Positions 6,717-14,927 of a stretch of DNA of 18,937 nt are shown in pieces. Position numbers and translations under genes: made by a program. The notes below the pieces were generated by a model, which was given only the letters and a program-made list of their open reading frames with translations, made no database searches and was not told the origin of the DNA. Within the stretch, counting starts at the first letter, position 1. Every line of letters begins with the position of its first letter. The stretch comes from Promethearchaeota archaeon (GTDB lineage Archaea > Asgardarchaeota > Thorarchaeia > Thorarchaeales > Thorarchaeaceae), in the NCBI GenBank assembly GCA_027031765.1, contig JALVPN010000199.1, positions 6,428 to 25,364 on the forward strand, in the 5' to 3' direction.

Positions 6717-9700
6717 ATGCCTGCGGGACGGGGTGCTCTTGCAATTGCAATATTGTGTTCACTCACTCTCGTCACACCCGTTGTGATGGCAGTAGTGGAC
6801 ACCATGACGTGCAGGCCGCTCCAGACGGGGGATGCGGCTGTGACCGGGGACGCACCATCCGTACTGGTCAAGTGGGGGCGTCCTGTGAGTGACAAGGTGA
6901 CCGCCCCCGCAGCGCTCGTGGACCTGACCGGGGACGGCGTACTGGACGTCGTCATCGGAGACCTCTCTGGCCGCCTCTACGGCTTCCGTGGCAACAATGG
7001 GGACACCCTGTGGACGCTCGACCTTGGCAGTGCCGTGACGGGACAGCCCGCAGTCGGCTGGTACCCCCTGACAGGCGGCGGTGACTCGGGGGAAAGTACG
7101 GTACCATATGTCTTCGTGCAGGCCAACAACCGTGTGTATGCAGTCTTTGGCCTCAACGGCACCACCCTGTGGGAGCATGCCCTCGCCTCCGAACAGTTCA
7201 CAGCCCCTGCGGTCACAGATGTCGACGGGGACGCGTGGCCGGACATCGTGATCGGTGCACACAACGGAGGACTGCTGGCGCTCGCTGGTGCCAATGGCTC
7301 TGTGCTATGGACAAGGGACGACCTCGGCAACGTCATGTATGCACCGAGCGTAGCAGATGTGGACTGTGACGGGGACCTGGAGGTAGTGGTAGGTGCATTT
7401 GGTGGCAAGGTCTACGTGATCAGCGCCATAAACGGCACCACCGTGTGGAGCAGGGAGCCACCCGGTGACCCGGCCACGCCCATCTCGGTGGGGGACGTCA
7501 ACCGTGATGGGAGGCCGGAGCTCGTGTACGGCTCCTTTGACAACCGCGTGCACGTGCTGAGTGGAGAGGACGGTTCCACGCTGTGGTTCGGGAACGCAGT
7601 GAACGACATAACAACGACGCCGGCACTTGCGGACATAGACGGTGACGGTGATGTCGAGGTCGTTGTGGGGGCAGCCAACGGGGACGACTCGTTGTACGCC
7701 TTCAACGGTGTCACGGGCGAGCGCAAGTGGAGGTACACGGCACCAGACTACAGTGTGCGTGCGGCCGCGATATGCGGCGGGAGCACCGTGCATGGGCTTG
7801 ACATTGTGCTCTCGGTCGACAATACGCGGCTGACGTGCATCAATGGCACGTCTGGGGAGAGGACATGGTATCTCAACCTCAATGGGGCCCTGACGTGCGC
7901 CCCGGTCGCCGGCAACCTCGATGACGACCCGGATGTCGAGGTCGTGTTCGGCACGTACGGGAGCTATGTCTACGCGGTGGACATCGAGGGCGCCGGGTAC
8001 CGTGTCTACTGGCAGGGAGAGTGTGGAGACCCGTGGTGCTCTGGGACACGTGACCTCGGGGCCATAGACCCGGACATGGACGGCCTCTCATCGTACAGCG
8101 AACAGTTCACAGGGACAGACGCCAGAGACAATGACACTGACGGGGACGGCATGCCCGATGGGTGGGAGGTGTGGCATGGCCTTGACCCCGTAGACGACGA
8201 CGGGGACGCTGACCCCGACATGGACGGCCTACCGAACCGCTATGAGTACGGGAACCGGACGCTACCGGATGACCCGGACACCGATGATGACGGCATGTAT
8301 GATGGCTACGAGGCAGACTATGGCCTTGACCCGTTGACCGATGATGCCCTGGAAGACCCCGACAGCGATGGGCTCATCAACCTCGTAGAGTTCGCTGCCG
8401 GGACCCGTCCTGATACCGACGACACGGACGGCGACGGCATGGACGACCTCTACGAGTACGTCTCAGGGCTTGACCCGGTGGTCGATGACAGCCTGCTCGA
8501 CCTTGACGGCGACGGCCTGACGAACATCGACGAGTACTCACTCGGGACACTGGTGAACAGTAGCGACAGCGATGCGGACGGCATGCCGGACGGCTGGGAG
8601 GTCGACCATGGCCTCGACCCGTTGTCTGATGACAGGTATGACGACCCCGATGGTGACCGCCTGGCGAACCTGTGGGAGTACCTGGACGGTACGGACCCCC
8701 ACGACCCCGACTCCGATGGTGACGGGATGCCTGATGGCTGGGAGGCCCTGAACGACCTCGACCCACTCACACCAGACCGACTCGCCGACCCCGACTCCGA
8801 TAGTCTGACCAACATACAGGAGTACGCCCTCGGTACGCTCCCCACCGACAGCGACACGGACGGCGATGCCATGCCTGACGGCTGGGAGGTCGACCATGGC
8901 CTTGACCCGCTGTTTGGCGACGGGGCCAACGACCCTGACAGTGACGGCCTGTCCAACGTAGAGGAGTACGTTGCCGGTACGGACCCCCATGACAATGACA
9001 CTGATGGTGACGGCATGCCTGACGGCTGGGAAGTGCAGCACGGCTTCAATGCGACGTACGACGACGCAGCAGCAGACCCCGACGACGATGGCCTGACCGA
9101 CCTCGAGGAGTACCGGCTGGGCACCCTGCCGACTGAGGCCGACACCGACGGGGACGGCCTGCCCGATGGCTGGGAGGTACAGCACCACCTGGACCCCACG
9201 AGCCGCGACTCACACCTTGACCGGGACAACGATGGCCTCTGTGGACTCGACGAGTACGCTGCTGGTACAGACCCCGAGGACCCGGACACTGACATTGATG
9301 GCCTCCTCGATGGCACAGAGGTACGCCTGGGACAGGACCCGCTCTCACCGCGGGATGCAACTGTCGGGCTGGTGCTGCTCAACATACATGTGATAGTGAC
9401 AGCATGGCTGGTGGCGGCGGGGACCATTGTCTGGCGGAGGGAGGACATCCTCGTATGGCTATGGAGGTGGAGGCGCGGCCAGACCGCCGGGTGGGACACC
9501 GACCGCATCGTGGAGTGGCTCACGGCTGACGACGACGACAGGTCAGAGGCCACCCGCGTGGTGCGGGAGGCGTATGCCCTCTGCATGGAGGGGGGCCGCC
9601 TGCTCGAGCAGTCTGACTACGGGGGCGCGAGAGATATGTTCGGCAGGGCACTGGCGACAGTGCGTCACCACTCGGGCGTCCTCGGACCCGTCCAGCCGGA

Positions 9701-9767
9701 GATAGTACAGTTTGTGGTCGCGGAGGCAGAGGCTGGACTCTCACTGGCCATCAGCAGGGGGCGCTAG
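6717..9767 (+). CDS. Single-pass cell-surface protein: signal peptide, FG-GAP/PQQ-type beta-propeller, Ca-binding TSP3-like repeats, TM helix and TPR-like cytoplasmic tail
   Basis: ATG at 6717 starts a signal-like segment ([25 protein letters not shown]). Eight blades carry D(V/L/I)DGDG..(D/E)VV.G and G..LW motifs (about 6903-8060), followed by 18 DxDxDG-type repeats (8067-9350), a hydrophobic helix (9363-9434) and a helical tail. The ORF-track extension 6417-6716 looks non-coding. Confidence 0.9.
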   Translation: MPAGRGALAIAILCSLTLVTPVVMAVVDTMTCRPLQTGDAAVTGDAPSVLVKWGRPVSDKVTAPAALVDLTGDGVLDVVIGDLSGRLYGFRGNNGDTLWTLDLGSAVTGQPAVGWYPLTGGGDSGESTVPYVFVQANNRVYAVFGLNGTTLWEHALASEQFTAPAVTDVDGDAWPDIVIGAHNGGLLALAGANGSVLWTRDDLGNVMYAPSVADVDCDGDLEVVVGAFGGKVYVISAINGTTVWSREPPGDPATPISVGDVNRDGRPELVYGSFDNRVHVLSGEDGSTLWFGNAVNDITTTPALADIDGDGDVEVVVGAANGDDSLYAFNGVTGERKWRYTAPDYSVRAAAICGGSTVHGLDIVLSVDNTRLTCINGTSGERTWYLNLNGALTCAPVAGNLDDDPDVEVVFGTYGSYVYAVDIEGAGYRVYWQGECGDPWCSGTRDLGAIDPDMDGLSSYSEQFTGTDARDNDTDGDGMPDGWEVWHGLDPVDDDGDADPDMDGLPNRYEYGNRTLPDDPDTDDDGMYDGYEADYGLDPLTDDALEDPDSDGLINLVEFAAGTRPDTDDTDGDGMDDLYEYVSGLDPVVDDSLLDLDGDGLTNIDEYSLGTLVNSSDSDADGMPDGWEVDHGLDPLSDDRYDDPDGDRLANLWEYLDGTDPHDPDSDGDGMPDGWEALNDLDPLTPDRLADPDSDSLTNIQEYALGTLPTDSDTDGDAMPDGWEVDHGLDPLFGDGANDPDSDGLSNVEEYVAGTDPHDNDTDGDGMPDGWEVQHGFNATYDDAAADPDDDGLTDLEEYRLGTLPTEADTDGDGLPDGWEVQHHLDPTSRDSHLDRDNDGLCGLDEYAAGTDPEDPDTDIDGLLDGTEVRLGQDPLSPRDATVGLVLLNIHVIVTAWLVAAGTIVWRREDILVWLWRWRRGQTAGWDTDRIVEWLTADDDDRSEATRVVREAYALCMEGGRLLEQSDYGGARDMFGRALATVRHHSGVLGPVQPEIVQFVVAEAEAGLSLAISRGR
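8067..9350 (+). repeat. Intragenic tandem repeat: nine 144-nt (48-aa) units of alternating 22-aa and 26-aa Ca-binding motifs (last unit shorter)
   Basis: Units start at 8067, 8211, 8355, 8499, 8643, 8787, 8931, 9075 and 9219, exactly 144 nt apart. Consensus [48 protein letters not shown]. Confidence 0.95.
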
Positions 9768-9788
9768 TACGCTGGCCCGCGTCCAGCA

Positions 9789-10763
9789 CTACGGCTCAAG
9801 ACGTACCTGGACCGGTGCTTTCCACGACTGGACCAGTGCAGTGAGGTGCTCCTCAGCCCGGTCAGTACCGTAGACTGCGTGCAGGAGCCTCCGTAGACGT
9901 GGGATGTGTGGTGCCCTCAGGCGGGTGTCAGCACCGGGGTAGTGGAGCTCGTCTGCACTTTCGAAGACGGCCCGGGCGTCAAGGAATGCAGGCCTGTCGG
10001 CAGAGTGGACGCCCAGTGCCCGCAGCACACCGGTCAGTCCACCATGACGGCGCAGGAGCCGGACGCCACGTCTGGGGCCGACACCACGGATTCCCGGGTG
10101 GAAGTCGCAGCCACAGAGCACTGCGAGGTCTCTGAGGCCCTCCAGGTCCAGGCCAGTGGTGCTCATCAGCCTGGCCAGACCCGTCGATTCGACGAGTCCC
10201 CGTGACGTGTGGACGTGACGGGACACATGTGGTGCCCCGAAGAGCAGCGTGTCGACGTCATTCGAGACCGCCGTGCCCACGAGGCCGTCACGACACAGTG
10301 CAGCTGCGGCCATCTCCGCCTCCGAGGGGGCCCTCACAGTGGGGACGCCCGCTGCAGAACAGAGGTCGAGGAGGTGCTGCGCGGCAAAGTAGGTCATGAC
10401 AGCAGGCGACTCGTGGAGCGTCCTCGCCAGCCCGGTGTCGTAGATGTCCGGCGAGGCGGCAAACCTGCGGTACAGTGCAGCACCGCGTGCCACGGTGGTA
10501 GCGTCCGGACGACGCTTGAGCGAGTCGGGGGGCCCGTCGAAGACGAACACGGGGGTCACGCCCAGTCGCAGGAGGCCAGTGACGAGCCTGAGGGCCACGT
10601 GGACGTGACCGGTAGGCACACGCTCGCAGTAGCGACTGGGGCGCATCATGACCGACATGCCACGGATCATGTAGTTGAACATGTCGACTGCCACCGCAGC
10701 CGGCCGGAGCGCACCAATGGGGCCCCAGTCCCACCGTACAAAGTCCCAGCCATGCACCCCCAA
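9789..10763 (-). CDS. FEN1/XPG-family structure-specific nuclease (divergent flap endonuclease paralog)
   Basis: AVDMFNY, PVFVFDGPP, APSEAEMAAA, SNDVDTLLFGAP and the H2TH motif LCGCDFHPGIRGVGPRRG; the catalytic acidic residues are retained. The start is set to TTG 10763 because it gives the canonical MGV N-terminus with SD GAGGTG (10772-10777) 8 nt upstream. Confidence 0.88.
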   Translation of the reverse strand: MGVHGWDFVRWDWGPIGALRPAAVAVDMFNYMIRGMSVMMRPSRYCERVPTGHVHVALRLVTGLLRLGVTPVFVFDGPPDSLKRRPDATTVARGAALYRRFAASPDIYDTGLARTLHESPAVMTYFAAQHLLDLCSAAGVPTVRAPSEAEMAAAALCRDGLVGTAVSNDVDTLLFGAPHVSRHVHTSRGLVESTGLARLMSTTGLDLEGLRDLAVLCGCDFHPGIRGVGPRRGVRLLRRHGGLTGVLRALGVHSADRPAFLDARAVFESADELHYPGADTRLRAPHIPRLRRLLHAVYGTDRAEEHLTALVQSWKAPVQVRLEP

Positions 10764-10768
10764 GTCGC

Positions 10769-11551
10769 TCACACCTCACGGATAGAGTGGAGACCGGTAC
10801 TGTCCACACGGACGACCACTGACGGGCACTGTAGTCGTACCGGGGCCCGTTCGACCGTCACACGCACGAAGCCGGAGGCCGGGTCGACCATGTCAATGCG
10901 GACCATTGAGTCGACGGCATGCGACAGGACGTTCCCACCGACCACTCTGGACTCACCGGTCAATGGGTGCTTTGAAGAGTGGTCAGTTGCCACCATGTGG
11001 AGGCCGCTGTCGAGCAGCACGTTGCGGACAGCCTCGAGTGCACGGAACAGCCTCCGCTGCCGCCCGCGGGTACCGGGTGGCACCGACAGGTTGAGGACTC
11101 CGGTCAGACTGTCCAGCACCACCAGCGAGGCACCAGGTACACCGGCCACCCTCTGGAGGCGGTCCTCAAGGTCTGAGAGTGACAGGACGCGGCCCACGAC
11201 CACCCTCTGCAACGCGCCCCGAGGACAGTCCCTGAGAAGGCTGCGCAGGAGGCGGGGCCTGCAGTTCGTCCCCGAGTCGAGGAAGATGCATGTGCCGCCA
11301 GCACGTACCGCACCACTGGCAAGCTCGTGGGCGAGTAGCGTGAGCAGCCCGCGCTCGTTGCCATGGACGAGGGTCAGCTGTCGTTCGACAATGATGGGTG
11401 CCAGCAGGGTGTTGAGCTGGTCGGGAGACAACCGGACGAGCGGCTGGCCGTGGTCACTGGCCTCGTCAAGCCGTACGCGTCCCACCGGTCTCACCCCCGC
11501 TGCTGACAGTGCCCCTCTCCACACTGACCGGGGCCTGCAGGAGACAGACAT
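10769..11551 (-). CDS. RadA/Rad51-family paralog with a degenerate Walker A (probably not an ATPase)
   Basis: LTLVHGNERGLLT at the P-loop position, CIFLDSGTNCRPRLL (compare YIDTENTFRPERL), Walker B LVVLDSLTG and GGNVLSHAVDSMVRI (compare Rad51 GGHILAH). The start is uncertain: ATG 11551, or GTG 11485 which reduces the overlap with the upstream gene to 20 nt. Confidence 0.8.
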   Translation of the reverse strand: MSVSCRPRSVWRGALSAAGVRPVGRVRLDEASDHGQPLVRLSPDQLNTLLAPIIVERQLTLVHGNERGLLTLLAHELASGAVRAGGTCIFLDSGTNCRPRLLRSLLRDCPRGALQRVVVGRVLSLSDLEDRLQRVAGVPGASLVVLDSLTGVLNLSVPPGTRGRQRRLFRALEAVRNVLLDSGLHMVATDHSSKHPLTGESRVVGGNVLSHAVDSMVRIDMVDPASGFVRVTVERAPVRLQCPSVVVRVDSTGLHSIREV

Positions 11552-12422
11552 CAAGTACCCCCTCTCTTTGAAGGGGCGCGCCCGACAGCACTGCACAGTC
11601 CGCAAGGTGGACAACACAGGCCAGACCGTCACCGTGGGGACACACAACCATGCCCCGGGGCTGCTCCAGCAGCAGCCGGTCGACGGACTCGGGGTCGGTC
11701 ACCAGCACGTACTCATCGATGGGCAGGCCGACACGTTCTTGGAGCAGCGGGAGGGCCACCGCGGCCAGCGCGAGGAGTGGCGGTGCCCTCGCTACCGGGG
11801 ACACGCCTGCCGAGGCCAGGAGCCGCGGCACCTGACGTGCCCGGGGGTCAGCCTGACGTACCACCACGAGGTCGGCCCCCTCAGTGTGTACCAGACATAC
11901 CGGGAGGCCTTCCCGGCCCCGGAGGAGCGGGACGACACCTTCGAGCATGCCCTCCGGGAGTACGAGCACCAAGACATCACGTAGTAGTGGGCCTGCGTGC
12001 TGCCATGGTGCACCCAGTACCCCGACCCCTGCAGTACCTGACGACACAGGCGCACTGGCCGACATGTCGAGCAAGGACTGGAAGAGGTCGCGGAACCGTT
12101 GCGGGTCGCGGGTAGCAGCACCCAGGAGCAGGACGACCGTAGACGCAGCGACCGCCACTGCGAGGCCACCGGCAAGCGACGCGATGAACACAGAGACGTA
12201 GGTAAGGCCCAGACACAGGTACCCCGCATACTCGACAGTACGGGCTGTCCTCCCCTTGAGCCGTGTCGTCCCAGTGCGGAGCAGGGACAGTGCGAGCACT
12301 GCCAGGACAGAGAGTGGGAGCGGGTTGCCCAGTCGCAGGCTGGCCACGACGGCCGTGACAAGCGCCAACAGGTACGACCCGGCCAACAGGAGTACCAGCG
12401 CGGCCAGGCTCAGCTTGATCAT
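11466..12422 (-). CDS. Hypothetical membrane protein (about 4 N-terminal TM helices plus a soluble C-terminal domain)
   Basis: ATG at 12422 forms an ATGA overlap with the stop of the upstream RadB-like gene. Four hydrophobic segments lie in the first ~105 aa. Confidence 0.75.
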   Translation of the reverse strand: MIKLSLAALVLLLAGSYLLALVTAVVASLRLGNPLPLSVLAVLALSLLRTGTTRLKGRTARTVEYAGYLCLGLTYVSVFIASLAGGLAVAVAASTVVLLLGAATRDPQRFRDLFQSLLDMSASAPVSSGTAGVGVLGAPWQHAGPLLRDVLVLVLPEGMLEGVVPLLRGREGLPVCLVHTEGADLVVVRQADPRARQVPRLLASAGVSPVARAPPLLALAAVALPLLQERVGLPIDEYVLVTDPESVDRLLLEQPRGMVVCPHGDGLACVVHLADCAVLSGAPLQREGVLDVCLLQAPVSVERGTVSSGGETGGTRTA

Positions 12423-13195
12423 ACGGAACACGAGTCCTCCGAACACCTCGACACCCCCATTGCAGACGTGCCAGGCCTCCCCGTCGCCGCTGCTGACACT
12501 ACTGCCCCGGCCGTGGGGCCCCGGTCAGGGGACGGACGACCGCCTGCCTCAGGACCTCTGCCACCAGACTCGAACTCTACGGCGCCATCTGCACGCACCC
12601 ACATCCTGCCCAGGAGGCCCCGGCCACCCACCTCGACGACCTCTGAGGCCGGGTCACCGGCAGGCCCGCGTCTGAGCAGGAGGTCATGGTCTGCCCAGCG
12701 CCGGATGGCCGCGTAGCACACTGGCACTGTGCCCTCGGCTCCCAGGTACCTGCACTCGCTGGTCAGGATGACCGGCACCCGTCGTGTCCTGCTCATTGCT
12801 GCAAGCGTTGGCAGCACCTCTTCGAAGAGTTCCCGGCCCCACATGATGTCGTCCTGGAACGACATGTCGAGCACGCGGGTCACCGGGTCGACGACCACAA
12901 GGCCCAGGTCGGCGGGTGGAGCACTACACAGTGTCAGGACAGCCCTCCGCGCCTCATCGGGGCTGCGCGTGACCTCCACCGTGATGTTCGACGCGACACC
13001 TCCAAGGACACACACGTTCCTCCTGAGGTGCGTCACCACGCTTGTCTTCAGGTCAGTACAGAACCAGTGCACGCAGGAGTGGCTGCTGGCCTCTGCCGCG
13101 AGGCGGGACGCGAACACCGTCTTGCCGGCCCCAGACAGGCCCCAGACATGGACAATGCCACGTAGGCCGAGCCGGTGCATCAGGCCACTCCGCAC
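12419..13195 (-). CDS. RadB-like RecA-superfamily ATPase
   Basis: Walker A GLSGAGKT (13118-13141), Walker B LVVVDPVT and VPVILTSE. The start is set to GTG 13195, one base after the upstream stop (ATG 13180 is the alternative). The ORF-track extension to 13444 overlaps the neighbouring gene. Confidence 0.82.
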   Translation of the reverse strand: MRSGLMHRLGLRGIVHVWGLSGAGKTVFASRLAAEASSHSCVHWFCTDLKTSVVTHLRRNVCVLGGVASNITVEVTRSPDEARRAVLTLCSAPPADLGLVVVDPVTRVLDMSFQDDIMWGRELFEEVLPTLAAMSRTRRVPVILTSECRYLGAEGTVPVCYAAIRRWADHDLLLRRGPAGDPASEVVEVGGRGLLGRMWVRADGAVEFESGGRGPEAGGRPSPDRGPTAGAVVSAAATGRPGTSAMGVSRCSEDSCSV

Positions 13196-13196
13196 C

Positions 13197-14927
13197 TCAT
13201 GCGCCCTCACTACCGGGCACCTCCTCGCGTCCCACGTCCGCAGGCGCGTGCACACCCATGCTGTCACCAATACCAGCACCAGCAACTGACGCGGTACTGA
13301 CCCCAGTAGCTCCACCACCAGCGTCATCTCCCGTGCTGAAGTCCTGGTCTGCAGGGCCACCACCTGGAGCGCCCGTCCCAACAGCACTCGTAGCACCCGG
13401 ACTATCAGTGGCCCCTGCACCAGCGGTGCTGTCAGCCCCTCCACCTGATGTGCCCCCGGCCAGTGAGTCCAGTGCTGAGTCGATCATGCGGTCGAGCAGG
13501 TCGCGCACCTCATCATCATCGTCATCGTCCGCCTTCCCATCACCGTGCGCAGGGGCGTCATGGCCGCTGTTGGCCGTAGGGCTGTCGTCTCCACTCTCAC
13601 TGCCATCGCTCTCCTCAAGTGCCCTGTCGAGCTCGCGCACGACGAGCCTCATGCTCCAGTCATTGAGGGTGTCGTCCAGGGTGCGTTTCAGGTCGGCAGA
13701 CAGGATGCCACCCATGAAGAGGGCGTTGTTCAGGGTGCCGAGGTGCTCGACGAGCTCGCCCTCCGAGAGGGGTGACGCACCGCTCCCTGAGAGGGACGCA
13801 TATGCCAAGGCCAGTGCAGAGTCCATCTCGGGGTCGACGACGCCGACAGCGTGGAACACCGACAGGAACATGTCGAGTGCACGGTCACCCAGGCCCACAG
13901 TGCCACTGGGGAGCGCCATCTCACCAGCAGCACGCACCAGCTCGTCAATCACCGCGTCCGCATAGCGCATCGCAAGGGGTGCGTCCCGGTCGCACAGTGC
14001 GTCACAGACCGACGCCATCAGCGCCGAGACCGTCACGGTGAGTTCCCTGACGAGGGAGCCCACGAGAGAGTGCTCACTGAGCGAGTCCCGGATACGCCCC
14101 CCGTCAGCCACCGCATAGAGGGCCTCCAGCTCGTCTGAGCGGGCGCCCTCGAACTTGAGCATGGCGCTCCTCGAAGAGGACAGCAGGACGAGCGCTGCCA
14201 CAGAGGCGGCCACCACAATCACAGACGCGAGCGTGTCAGGGGCCCTGCCGGAAAGGAGGCCCTGCAGGACAGGGACCAGACCCGTCGCAGCCAGGACGAG
14301 GGCCAGCAGTCCAGACCAGCCGTGTGAGACGGAACGTGTGCGCGCAGCCCACTTGCCGGGACAGACAACACCACGTACATCCGCGTGGACGGCACGGGCG
14401 TCGCTGCTGAGCGCGAGTGCGAACTCACTGGAGCTGAGCACACGCGAGCTTGTGGTCAGCCACGACAGGTCGACCGAGGGCGGGACGTCCTGTGCCACCA
14501 CATACACGGTACGCGTCACCAGTGGGACGGACCCCGCCTGCGAGCCCGTGGGAGAGACCGTTTCGAGGGAGACGCGTCCCCAGGGGGTCAGGGTGGTCCA
14601 CTGGCCTGTCTCCTGGGCCAGCCCTGTGTCACGCAGCAGCTCGTCCAGCGGCATGTTCACCCTGTCGAGGATGACGGCCCTCCTGCCGGGTGTTACGTGT
14701 CGCTGGAGGCCTGCGCCCTCCGCATCGAGCACAGACACAATGTCGACATGGACGCTGCGCGAGCCCGGAACCCCGGACAGGCGCACGCCCATGACAATGC
14801 CACCGGGATAGGCGGTGGCCGAGTAGCCGGAAGAACGGAGGGCCCGCATGACCTCGGCGCCAGTGCGGCCGACCGAGGCCGGGTCGTCCTCTCCCAGTGC
14901 TGTACTGGTACCATGTCCTATCATCAT
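13197..14927 (-). CDS. Hypothetical membrane-anchored protein (2 central TM helices, helical domain, ~140-aa acidic low-complexity tail)
   Basis: ATGA overlap with the helicase stop and a GGTGA SD. Hydrophobic pair WSGLLALVLAATGLVPVL and LASVIVVAASVAALVLL. The tail (13197-13616) is rich in D/E/G/S/A. Confidence 0.78.
   Translation of the reverse strand: MMIGHGTSTALGEDDPASVGRTGAEVMRALRSSGYSATAYPGGIVMGVRLSGVPGSRSVHVDIVSVLDAEGAGLQRHVTPGRRAVILDRVNMPLDELLRDTGLAQETGQWTTLTPWGRVSLETVSPTGSQAGSVPLVTRTVYVVAQDVPPSVDLSWLTTSSRVLSSSEFALALSSDARAVHADVRGVVCPGKWAARTRSVSHGWSGLLALVLAATGLVPVLQGLLSGRAPDTLASVIVVAASVAALVLLSSSRSAMLKFEGARSDELEALYAVADGGRIRDSLSEHSLVGSLVRELTVTVSALMASVCDALCDRDAPLAMRYADAVIDELVRAAGEMALPSGTVGLGDRALDMFLSVFHAVGVVDPEMDSALALAYASLSGSGASPLSEGELVEHLGTLNNALFMGGILSADLKRTLDDTLNDWSMRLVVRELDRALEESDGSESGDDSPTANSGHDAPAHGDGKADDDDDDEVRDLLDRMIDSALDSLAGGTSGGGADSTAGAGATDSPGATSAVGTGAPGGGPADQDFSTGDDAGGGATGVSTASVAGAGIGDSMGVHAPADVGREEVPGSEGA

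Noticed and set aside
8067-9350. Regular 144-nt periodicity as a possible CRISPR array or DNA-level repeat element
   Set aside because: The units are in frame, diverge at synonymous positions and have no invariant repeat with unique spacers.
8450-9586. 378-aa and 216-aa antisense ORFs over the repeat region
   Set aside because: They are mirror frames of the GC3-rich Asp-rich repeats, and their periodicity comes from the sense protein.
6717-9767. Calling the surface protein an integrin ortholog
   Set aside because: It has eight rather than seven blades, no Ig-like thigh/calf domains and no GFFKR motif; FG-GAP repeats are common in prokaryotes.
10209-11984. 591-aa plus-strand ORF
   Set aside because: It is antisense to three motif-bearing genes, is rich in R/S/T/P, has no motifs, and is a typical high-GC shadow ORF.
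13196-13444. Hydrophobic N-terminal extension of the RadB-like ORF
   Set aside because: It overlaps the 3' end of the upstream gene in another frame; a start at 13195 or 13180 fits the operon spacing and the family length.
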